Translations under genes and position numbers: made by a program
Shown: in pieces, positions 16,689 through 23,955 of the stretch
Numbering within the stretch: the first letter of the stretch is position 1
Layout of the letters: each line of letters begins with the position of its first letter
Source of the DNA: an uncultured virus (IMG/VR IMGVR_UViG_3300025168_000002)
Taxonomy: Duplodnaviria > Heunggongvirae > Uroviricota > Caudoviricetes > Crassvirales
Length of the DNA: 64,000 nucleotides
Virus record (IMG/VR): IMGVR_UViG_3300025168_000002
Reading direction: 5' to 3' (one strand)
The notes under the pieces: generated by a model
What the model saw: only the letters and a program-made list of their open reading frames with translations
Told to the model about the DNA's origin: nothing
Database searches by the model: none

Positions 16689-16892
16689 ATGAAAATAATA
16701 ATATCAGAATATTCTAAGGTTATTGCAAAACATATAGATGTAAATGATGAGAAACAAGCAGATACATTTGATATAATAGAATTAGCAATACAAATAGGAG
16801 AGGATAATCACTTATATGATAATGGTAATTGGAATGATATTAATAGAAAAAAATGCTATAATAAAGCATACGAAATAACTAAAAACAATTAA
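16689..16892 (+). CDS. Hypothetical early protein
   Basis: 67 aa; preceded by a TTG...TATATTAG promoter variant and the repeated leader. Confidence 0.65.
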   Translation: MKIIISEYSKVIAKHIDVNDEKQADTFDIIELAIQIGEDNHLYDNGNWNDINRKKCYNKAYEITKNN

Positions 16893-16897
16893 ACAAA

Positions 16898-17380
16898 ATG
16901 AAAATAATAGCAAAAATTACAAGAGATTACGATTCTCAACTGAGCGTAGAAAGATGGAGAGATGATTTAAGAAATGAACTTGAACAATTAGATGTTAATG
17001 TATGGACAAAAGATAAGCATTGGTTCTTTATGGAACAACTTTTGAAAAACCAAGATACACTACCCGATCAATTTTCTAATAGTATAACGGCAGAAGCAAT
17101 AGGTTATGTCCAGGGAGAATATGCAAAATTCCAAATCTATTATAATGGAGAAGTAGAAAAAGTAGAAAATCTTAAAAAAATACTAGAGAAAACTTATACA
17201 CATAAAAACGATTATTTAATAGAGACGATAGAAATGCTCTCTTCAGGACATAGTAGAGTAGTAAACAGATGCGTTATTTCTGTTGATGATGTTGAATTTC
17301 CAGGATTAGAAGACATAAAAAAAGAAATTGGAGAAAGTTGGGAGATGGAAAGGTTTGACGAATATGAATTAACACAATAA
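16898..17380 (+). CDS. Hypothetical early protein
   Basis: 160 aa, acidic. Confidence 0.7.
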   Translation: MKIIAKITRDYDSQLSVERWRDDLRNELEQLDVNVWTKDKHWFFMEQLLKNQDTLPDQFSNSITAEAIGYVQGEYAKFQIYYNGEVEKVENLKKILEKTYTHKNDYLIETIEMLSSGHSRVVNRCVISVDDVEFPGLEDIKKEIGESWEMERFDEYELTQ

Positions 17381-17382
17381 TT

Positions 17383-17661
17383 ATGAAAAGTAAAAAACAA
17401 CTGCTAAAAATATGGGAACAAGTACAATTTGAATATTATGTCAATTTAAATTTTGCACAACTATCAAAAGAATACATTTCTTGGTTTGCTGATAAACCAG
17501 AGAATTATCTGATAGATACTGACAACAAGTATTCTAGAAATGAATTAATAAACGCCCTAATGGAGAGCGAATACGATTGTAGGGTAGATGATGATATTAA
17601 TGAATTAGATAAATTAATAGAAAAAATAGAAATGATCAATTTTAATCAAAATAATAAATAA
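17383..17661 (+). CDS. Hypothetical early protein
   Basis: 92 aa, tight packing. Confidence 0.65.
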   Translation: MKSKKQLLKIWEQVQFEYYVNLNFAQLSKEYISWFADKPENYLIDTDNKYSRNELINALMESEYDCRVDDDINELDKLIEKIEMINFNQNNK

Positions 17662-17662
17662 T

Positions 17663-18055
17663 ATGAAAATAGCAACAGAACTATCAATAAATAAAGAAGA
17701 ATTAGAACTTATAACAAGAGCAATAGAATCTTACTTGTATTACGATATGAGAGATGATATAAGCATGAACGTAGATAAACAAAAAGCTACGATGGAAGAT
17801 ATATATTCAAAACTAATAGTGTTAAATAAATTAGAAAGTAAATTAAATATAATTCAGTCTGATTATAATAAACCTTTTACATTAATGACTTATAAAGATA
17901 GTTATGGAAAGGTATTTCATGATGTTTGCACAAACGATCCAAAAAAATACTTAAAAAGATTAAACGAAGATAGAATTGCTGATGGAGAAGAGGAAGAAAA
18001 TATTAGTAGTTACACATTAACTGACATACATATAGAAACCTTTAAAAATAAATAA
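17663..18055 (+). CDS. Hypothetical early protein
   Basis: 130 aa; C-terminal TNDPKKYLKRLNEDRIADGEEEE. Confidence 0.7.
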   Translation: MKIATELSINKEELELITRAIESYLYYDMRDDISMNVDKQKATMEDIYSKLIVLNKLESKLNIIQSDYNKPFTLMTYKDSYGKVFHDVCTNDPKKYLKRLNEDRIADGEEEENISSYTLTDIHIETFKNK

Positions 18056-18057
18056 TT

Positions 18058-18228
18058 ATGAATTTAACTAAAGAAGAGAAACAAGAAAAAGAAAACTTAA
18101 AAAAAGAATTATTTGAGGATCAGACATGGAGCATATTGGTAGATCCACAATATCCTCTTAAGGTAAGTAGATATAACTACTTAGTAATGAAAGAGGCAAA
18201 CTCTTTGTTAAAATTAGATGAATCATGA
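18058..18228 (+). CDS. 56-aa hypothetical early protein
   Basis: Hand-translated MNLTKEEKQEKENLKKELFEDQTWSILVDPQYPLKVSRYNYLVMKEANSLLKLDES; ATGA overlap with the next gene. Confidence 0.65.
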   Translation: MNLTKEEKQEKENLKKELFEDQTWSILVDPQYPLKVSRYNYLVMKEANSLLKLDES

Positions 18229-18452
18229 CTGATTTAAGAGTAACTAGCATAAGAACATACAACACCAGGAGAGGCGTAGGGTATGAATGCAAAACAAATT
18301 TCAAAGGTGTATCTATTTGGAATGATGGAAATGGAGGGCAAACCTATCTTAACTTTGATTTAAGAGACGAATCTTTTAACCCAAAAGAGTATGAAGAATT
18401 GTCAGAATGGGATCTTGAAGACTTAATTACCAAATACGAAGAAGAATTATAA
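18225..18452 (+). CDS. Hypothetical early protein
   Basis: TRRGVGYECKTN...IWNDGNGGQTY. Confidence 0.7.
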   Translation: MTDLRVTSIRTYNTRRGVGYECKTNFKGVSIWNDGNGGQTYLNFDLRDESFNPKEYEELSEWDLEDLITKYEEEL

Positions 18453-18471
18453 TTAAAAATTATTAAATAAA

Positions 18472-18681
18472 ATGATAGTAAAAGAATTAATTGCAGAACT
18501 GCAAAAAATAGAAAACAAAGATAAGTACATACACTTATTAGGAAACAGAACTAACGGAGAAGATGGGGATTTTGATATTATATTTAATAATATTGAAATA
18601 TGGAATGATGGAGATGAAAGCATTACTTTGTTTACAAGTATAATAACCGAATTAGATGAAAATCATAAACCAATAAATTAA
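18472..18681 (+). CDS. Hypothetical early protein
   Basis: Starts MIVKELIAELQK, an N-terminus common in small phage proteins. Confidence 0.7.
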   Translation: MIVKELIAELQKIENKDKYIHLLGNRTNGEDGDFDIIFNNIEIWNDGDESITLFTSIITELDENHKPIN

Positions 18682-18686
18682 ATAAA

Positions 18687-18953
18687 ATGAAAGTAAAAAT
18701 TATGCAAAGATCAGTATATCATAAATATGCTGAAGTAGAGATTGAAGTACCTAATGATATTAAAGATAAAGATGTTTTAGAATATTTACAGGAAAATGAA
18801 GAGTTATTTGTTGATAAAATAGATAAAGCGTGTTCTGAAGCCCCTTTTGAGTATGGATCTTGTGGAGTAGATGAGTATGATGGAATGAATGAAAGGGGAG
18901 ATAGTGAATGTAGATATGATATTGTAGGTAAAAATTACGGAGGACATTTATAA
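18687..18953 (+). CDS. Hypothetical early protein
   Basis: 88 aa, ends YGGHL. Confidence 0.7.
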   Translation: MKVKIMQRSVYHKYAEVEIEVPNDIKDKDVLEYLQENEELFVDKIDKACSEAPFEYGSCGVDEYDGMNERGDSECRYDIVGKNYGGHL

Positions 18954-18969
18954 ATATAATACATTAATT

Positions 18970-19311
18970 ATGGGATATAGAAGCACAATTATAATAGGGG
19001 TAAATAAAAAATATGAAAAAGATTTAAAAGCGTTAAACAAAAATTCTATGTTTAAAAAAGTTGATCAAAGTTTTAACGAAGCAAGATCATTATCTATGGT
19101 AATTTATAGAGGAGAATATTTAAAATGGTATGATAGTTTTGAAGATGTTAATGCTATAAATAAATATATATTACACCTTATTGAAGAAGACGACGAAAAT
19201 GCGTTTATTGTAGGCATAGGAGAAGACGGAAATATTCACACAGAACATGGGCATTACTACGATTTTGTTGGAATATTTACTACTCACGAAATATATGGAG
19301 AAAACGATTAA
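18970..19311 (+). CDS. Conserved hypothetical phage protein
   Basis: MGYRS...LKWYDSFEDV...FIVGIGED pattern. Confidence 0.7.
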   Translation: MGYRSTIIIGVNKKYEKDLKALNKNSMFKKVDQSFNEARSLSMVIYRGEYLKWYDSFEDVNAINKYILHLIEEDDENAFIVGIGEDGNIHTEHGHYYDFVGIFTTHEIYGEND

Positions 19312-19323
19312 CTTTGTAATAAA

Positions 19324-20094
19324 ATGAAAAAATTTGTTATATCTATTGAATTAAGCAAGTTAAATTTTGACAAGAACGTAGAGTTAGTTACTAATTCTAT
19401 TAGTTTTATTGAAGCTAAAGACTTTCCTATCAAGAAAGTTCAAGATAATATACAGCAGTACATTAACCAGGTATGTAGCTTTGATTTCAATAGTATTATT
19501 AAAGTAAGTAAAACAGATTGGATAATTGACGAAGACTATATTAATGCGTCTTTTTATAGAATAAGCAGATCTTTACACTTAGGTTTTATAATAGACTATG
19601 ATAATTCTACTGATGTATGGTACCTGGTGCATGGAAGAATACAAAGGGTATCTGTAAAGGTAAAAGAATTAAAAGATGATGATTGCATGATTGTCTCTCC
19701 TTTGTTGTCTCATAATCTGTATTGTTTAAACCAACAGAGTACAATTAATTTATTAGATAACTTGTGGAAAGTAACGCAGTTGTACGAGATAAATAAAAGA
19801 AAAGAAGATCCGCTTAACCCCTTAACTCAATCTCCGTACACCAACCAGGATTGGAACGATCATTTGGCTACGTTATGGACAAAAAAATATCAAAAAACTA
19901 CTAATTCGTATGATCATGATGTTATATCATATTATTTTAATGCTGAATACTTAGATTATAACGATTATGATATGAATAGCGGAGAGGTAATTGAGTATAC
20001 TCTCCTGGACTATGCTCAAAATAAACAATTAGAAAGTAATTTGTTAGCTGTTCTTGTAAGATCAGAAACAGATATGCAAGATTTATTTAGCTAA
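19324..20094 (+). CDS. Hypothetical protein
   Basis: 256 aa; own TAACTTTG promoter at 19309-19316. Confidence 0.7.
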   Translation: MKKFVISIELSKLNFDKNVELVTNSISFIEAKDFPIKKVQDNIQQYINQVCSFDFNSIIKVSKTDWIIDEDYINASFYRISRSLHLGFIIDYDNSTDVWYLVHGRIQRVSVKVKELKDDDCMIVSPLLSHNLYCLNQQSTINLLDNLWKVTQLYEINKRKEDPLNPLTQSPYTNQDWNDHLATLWTKKYQKTTNSYDHDVISYYFNAEYLDYNDYDMNSGEVIEYTLLDYAQNKQLESNLLAVLVRSETDMQDLFS

Positions 20095-20246
20095 ATTTTG
20101 ATTTGAAGTAAAAATATTGTAATATTACACACTAATTGAATTTTATATAAACATACAAAGAGTTGATGTTAGGCGAAATCAACAATGTAATTAGAAGCTG
20201 TTCGGCGTGTTTCTTTCTCTTTTTTATTAACTTAATACATAAGAAA

Positions 20247-20423
20247 ATGGATAAAGACTATAAAAAATACTTTAACAAGTATAAATACAGGGCATTAGAT
20301 TATAATGACTGGATAGACTATATAGTAAAAGAACATAAAAACTTGAGATCTAAAAATTTAGAGAAGAAAATAAAAAAACAAAGAGAACAAGTTAAAGAAA
20401 CCCCTATAAACTTTAACTGGTAA
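20247..20423 (+). CDS. Hypothetical protein (58 aa)
   Basis: ATG at 20247 with an A-rich leader; the longer track start runs through an RNA-like structure. Confidence 0.6.
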   Translation: MDKDYKKYFNKYKYRALDYNDWIDYIVKEHKNLRSKNLEKKIKKQREQVKETPINFNW

Positions 20424-20629
20424 TGGGGGTAGAAATGGTTAGTAAGTGCTGTGGAAGTGATTGGGTAGACTCTATTGATGCTGAATTAGAGATTGATTCT
20501 TTTGAATATTATGTTTGTAATTCTTGTCAAGACTATTGTGAGATTACAGAAGATTACGAGTACAGGCAAATGAGACTTGATCAAATAGCAGAGATGGAAG
20601 CTGATGAGCGTAGAGACTTAGGAAGATGA
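20423..20629 (+). CDS. Small Cys-rich (zinc-binding) protein
   Basis: SKCCGS...YVCNSCQDYC. Confidence 0.7.
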   Translation: MGVEMVSKCCGSDWVDSIDAELEIDSFEYYVCNSCQDYCEITEDYEYRQMRLDQIAEMEADERRDLGR

Positions 20630-20757
20630 GAGAGGTGCAAGAAATGATCCTTAAGGAAAAACTAAAGGAAAAGCCAAACAGAAAATTTATACAATGGTTG
20701 CAGAAGTTAAACCAAACCATACTAAAGCAAATAATTTTAAATAATTATAAGAAATAA
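20626..20757 (+). CDS. 43-aa hypothetical protein
   Basis: Hand-translated MREVQEMILKEKLKEKPNRKFIQWLQKLNQTILKQIILNNYKK; ATGA overlap. Confidence 0.6.
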   Translation: MREVQEMILKEKLKEKPNRKFIQWLQKLNQTILKQIILNNYKK

Positions 20758-20890
20758 GAGGTGGGAATAATCCCATAATTTTATAGGTGTAAGATACCTT
20801 AATATTAAATGTTTACCTCTTATAATGTAAAGGGGCAGTTATAAAGGCATAAGCCAACGATAAGTTAATACTCTTAACTGTCCCTTTATA
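20754..20890 (+). ncRNA. Putative structured RNA: two tandem three-way junctions
   Basis: Outer stems 20754-62/20815-23 (9 bp) and 20828-41/20875-88 (14 bp), each enclosing two short hairpins with TAA-containing loops. Confidence 0.5.
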
Positions 20891-20908
20891 TAAATAAAAT
20901 AAAATAAT

Positions 20909-21148
20909 ATGAAAGAATTGTCTACATACCTGGTAAATCAATGTAAGAAAGCCCAGGAAAAGAAAAAATACGATATAAAAAATAGACTAAATTATATAGA
21001 AATGAATAATTTTTTTAAAAATAGTGGTAAACAAGAATTAAATAATAAATTTGTAGCTTGTAGCTACTATTCCAATATTACTCCCCCTCAATTTCAATGG
21101 GAAAGAAATGATATGAGTAAGTATAAATTAAAAAATTACAGAAAATGA
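20909..21148 (+). CDS. Hypothetical protein
   Basis: 79 aa, A-rich leader. Confidence 0.65.
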   Translation: MKELSTYLVNQCKKAQEKKKYDIKNRLNYIEMNNFFKNSGKQELNNKFVACSYYSNITPPQFQWERNDMSKYKLKNYRK

Positions 21149-21408
21149 GTAAAGATCCTAAATTATATGTTCCGTCTCACACTATTGAAGTACCTAACTA
21201 TTATGTAGGAGACACATACAGAGAGGGGTACTATCAAGCAAGATATGTGGTGGAAGACTTTAATTGTACATGGAACATAGGTAACGTTGTTACATATTGT
21301 CTCCGTAGTTCTAGAAAGCACGAAAGCCCCATAGAATGTTTACAAAAATCTATAAATCATCTCAAGTTTGAGATAGAAAGATTAGAAAAATTAAATAAAA
21401 AAAAATAA
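21145..21408 (+). CDS. DUF3310 (SaV-like) protein
   Basis: VPNYY...VVEDFNCTWNIGNVVTYCLRSSRKH...CLQKSINHLKFEIE. Confidence 0.75.
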   Translation: MSKDPKLYVPSHTIEVPNYYVGDTYREGYYQARYVVEDFNCTWNIGNVVTYCLRSSRKHESPIECLQKSINHLKFEIERLEKLNKKK

Positions 21409-21409
21409 A

Positions 21410-21712
21410 ATGAAAAGAGAAATATTTGATAAGTATGCAACTGCAATAGCAGATAGATTTCATGTAACATTAGATGAAATGTTTACAAAAACTAAAAAAA
21501 GAGAAGTCGTAGAAGCAAGACAAATGCTATACTTTTTGTCAAGAGAACGTCCAATAAGGTTTTCTTATATTCAAAAATTCATGGAAGATAACGGACACCC
21601 CGTAACACATTCTACCATTATTTACGGATATAACAAAGCAAAAAAGTTTGTAGATAGTGATCCTGACTATAAAGAGGTTGTAGATAGTATTTTAAAAAAT
21701 TCAGTAAGCTAA
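21410..21712 (+). CDS. DnaA C-terminal (domain IV)-like helix-turn-helix protein
   Basis: KTKKREVVEARQMLYFLSRE...I...HSTIIYG matches the Bac_DnaA_C pattern (R...AR..AMYL...HTTV). Confidence 0.75.
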   Translation: MKREIFDKYATAIADRFHVTLDEMFTKTKKREVVEARQMLYFLSRERPIRFSYIQKFMEDNGHPVTHSTIIYGYNKAKKFVDSDPDYKEVVDSILKNSVS

Positions 21713-21713
21713 A

Positions 21714-22136
21714 ATGTATACCCTTTCTGATATATATAAACAAGCAGTAGATGATGAAACACTAAATATACAAAGGAATGGATCGGTAAGCATGATCAAT
21801 CTAGGAGTAAAGATACAAAAGTTTCCTAGTAAAACAGAAATACTTAATTGTGCAAAAAATGGAGATTACTTTCAAGAGTTAAGCCTGGAAGAGTATAAAA
21901 TTTTTTTTACTAAGGGCTGGGTTGTTGGATGCGTAACAATAGCTATAAACAACTGCATTAGAAAGCTGAAAATGATACAAAAAAGCATGAAGGAGGAGGT
22001 TAACACCAGGAAGAATGATAAATATATTAAGAATTTAAAAACAAAACGGGAGTTTGTAATGAACAGATATTCTTATTACAGTCAAAAACTAATTAAACTA
22101 AATAAATATGAAAAAATTAAAAACGGTAAATATTAA
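21714..22136 (+). CDS. Hypothetical protein
   Basis: 140 aa, within the replication operon. Confidence 0.65.
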   Translation: MYTLSDIYKQAVDDETLNIQRNGSVSMINLGVKIQKFPSKTEILNCAKNGDYFQELSLEEYKIFFTKGWVVGCVTIAINNCIRKLKMIQKSMKEEVNTRKNDKYIKNLKTKREFVMNRYSYYSQKLIKLNKYEKIKNGKY

Positions 22137-22638
22137 AGGTAAAGAGTATGTTGAAGTGCATACCAGGATACAATACTTTAGAGAGACATATCCTCAGTAT
22201 ACTTTAGACACAAGTATAATAGAAATCACAGAGGACACTATCACAATGAAAGCATTTATACTTAACGAAGAGGGACGTCTTCTAGCGTCGGGAACGGCTA
22301 AGGAAAGAAACGGATCTTCTTTTATAAATAAAACATCTTATGTTGAGAATTGCGAAACATCAGCATGGGGTAGGGCTTTGGGTAACTTTGGAATAGGGCT
22401 AGACACATCAGTTGCATCAGCAGACGAGGTAAAGAATGCTATTTTAAATGAGAGAAAAGAGCCGACAAAACCTACTAGCGTTGTTCTTGACTTGGGAGAT
22501 GCTGATATGAAAAAAACATTAGACTGGATAGCGTCAAATAAATCTATGGGATTACCTAAGATTGTCAAAACTTTAGAGCAGAAATATAAAATTACTGCAA
22601 AAGTAAAAAAGGAGATTGCTAACATTATAATAGAATAG
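22108..22638 (+). CDS. Single-strand annealing protein (Rad52/Sak-like)
   Basis: KGKEYVEVHTRI...ASGTAKE...SFINKTSYVENCETSAWGRALGNFGIG...SVASADEV; upstream of the exonuclease. Confidence 0.7.
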   Translation: MKKLKTVNIKGKEYVEVHTRIQYFRETYPQYTLDTSIIEITEDTITMKAFILNEEGRLLASGTAKERNGSSFINKTSYVENCETSAWGRALGNFGIGLDTSVASADEVKNAILNERKEPTKPTSVVLDLGDADMKKTLDWIASNKSMGLPKIVKTLEQKYKITAKVKKEIANIIIE

Positions 22639-22640
22639 CC

Positions 22641-23393
22641 ATGATAGTTAGCGATAATAATAAAGAAGTTTTAGATCAACTAAAAGACGATAAAAAATAT
22701 TATGGAAAGTTTGGTAAACAATGGTTGTCTAATTCAGACATATATACTTTACTAAACAATCCAAAAGAATTTGGCAAACCTCAAGCAGAAACAAAAGCTA
22801 TGCTAGAGGGTAGATTTTTTCATACAGCCATGTTAGAAAAAGAAAAGCTAGATGATTTTATTTTAATAGACGCCTCTAGTCGTAATACTAAGGCGTATAA
22901 AGAGGCTGTAAATAGTGAAGATAATAAAATGTGTTTATTAGTTCATGAAGCTGAAAAAATATTTAAATTAGTTGACTCTATGAAAGCAAATATGCAAATG
23001 CATGGAGATATTTATGAGGAATCAAATCAATATGAATTGCCTATGATAAAAAATATCCATGGCAAATTCTGGAAAGGTAAAGCGGATATTGTAACTACCG
23101 AAAAAATAATTGATTTAAAAACTACGTCAGATATTTCTAAGTTTTCATACTCAGCTTCAAAGTATAACTATGATAGCCAGGCGTTTATATATCAAGAGTT
23201 GTTTGGACTACCTATGGAGTTTTATGTTATAGATAAAAATACGCATCAATTAGCTATCTACACCCCGAGCGAAGATTTTATTCACAGAGGATCATTAAAG
23301 GTTTTAGAGGCGTTGCAAGTACACGACAAGTTCTTTTGTGATGGTTTGTTTGCAGAAGACATAGAACAATTCATACATTATGAAACATTATAA
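22641..23393 (+). CDS. PD-(D/E)XK exonuclease (RecE / DUF3799-like)
   Basis: LSNSDI, GRFFHTAMLE, WKGKADIV..IIDLKTT, YNYDSQAFIY. Confidence 0.85.
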   Translation: MIVSDNNKEVLDQLKDDKKYYGKFGKQWLSNSDIYTLLNNPKEFGKPQAETKAMLEGRFFHTAMLEKEKLDDFILIDASSRNTKAYKEAVNSEDNKMCLLVHEAEKIFKLVDSMKANMQMHGDIYEESNQYELPMIKNIHGKFWKGKADIVTTEKIIDLKTTSDISKFSYSASKYNYDSQAFIYQELFGLPMEFYVIDKNTHQLAIYTPSEDFIHRGSLKVLEALQVHDKFFCDGLFAEDIEQFIHYETL

Positions 23394-23553
23394 AATAGCT
23401 TATCAAGTATTAAAACACTATCTTTCTAAGTTGTCCTGGGAAAGAGAAATATTTATAGTAGAAGTTCCAACTACTATGGAGAGCGAACAGCAAAAGCAAC
23501 AGCTTATGGCTGACGTTTTAGAAATTTTGGAGCATCAAGTTAAAATACATTAA
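23380..23553 (+). CDS. 57-aa hypothetical protein
   Basis: Hand-translated MKHYKIAYQVLKHYLSKLSWEREIFIVEVPTTMESEQQKQQLMADVLEILEHQVKIH; fills the gap. Confidence 0.6.
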   Translation: MKHYKIAYQVLKHYLSKLSWEREIFIVEVPTTMESEQQKQQLMADVLEILEHQVKIH

Positions 23554-23555
23554 AA

Positions 23556-23843
23556 ATGGAAGATAAAAAAATTTTTGTTGGATCAGGTATATCAAAGTTT
23601 GAAGGAAATCTTGTGTCTTGTAGTATATGTCTTTCTGATTTACCATCAGAACATATATTTGAGTACAATTCTAAGAAATACATAAAACTGAATGTCCAAA
23701 AGAAAAAAGAAGTAGATCAGTATGGTAAATCACATTCTGTATCTATTGACACTTGGAAGCCAGAGCCTAAGAAAGAAGACCTTTCAGCAAAACTGGAAAG
23801 TATGAAGGTTACTCCAGACAACGATCCAGATTTGCCGTTTTAA
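23556..23843 (+). CDS. Putative single-stranded DNA-binding protein
   Basis: KKYIKLNV..KKEVDQYGKSHSVSIDTWKP and acidic C-terminal DPDLPF tail. Confidence 0.65.
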   Translation: MEDKKIFVGSGISKFEGNLVSCSICLSDLPSEHIFEYNSKKYIKLNVQKKKEVDQYGKSHSVSIDTWKPEPKKEDLSAKLESMKVTPDNDPDLPF

Positions 23844-23955
23844 CCATAAAGGGGGTGGACGAACGGCGTTTTGCCACCCAACAATAACAGGGGGTTTAAG
23901 AGCTTCCAGTTTTAATTAAATTTTTATATCTACCCCCTTTTTTTAATTTAATATA

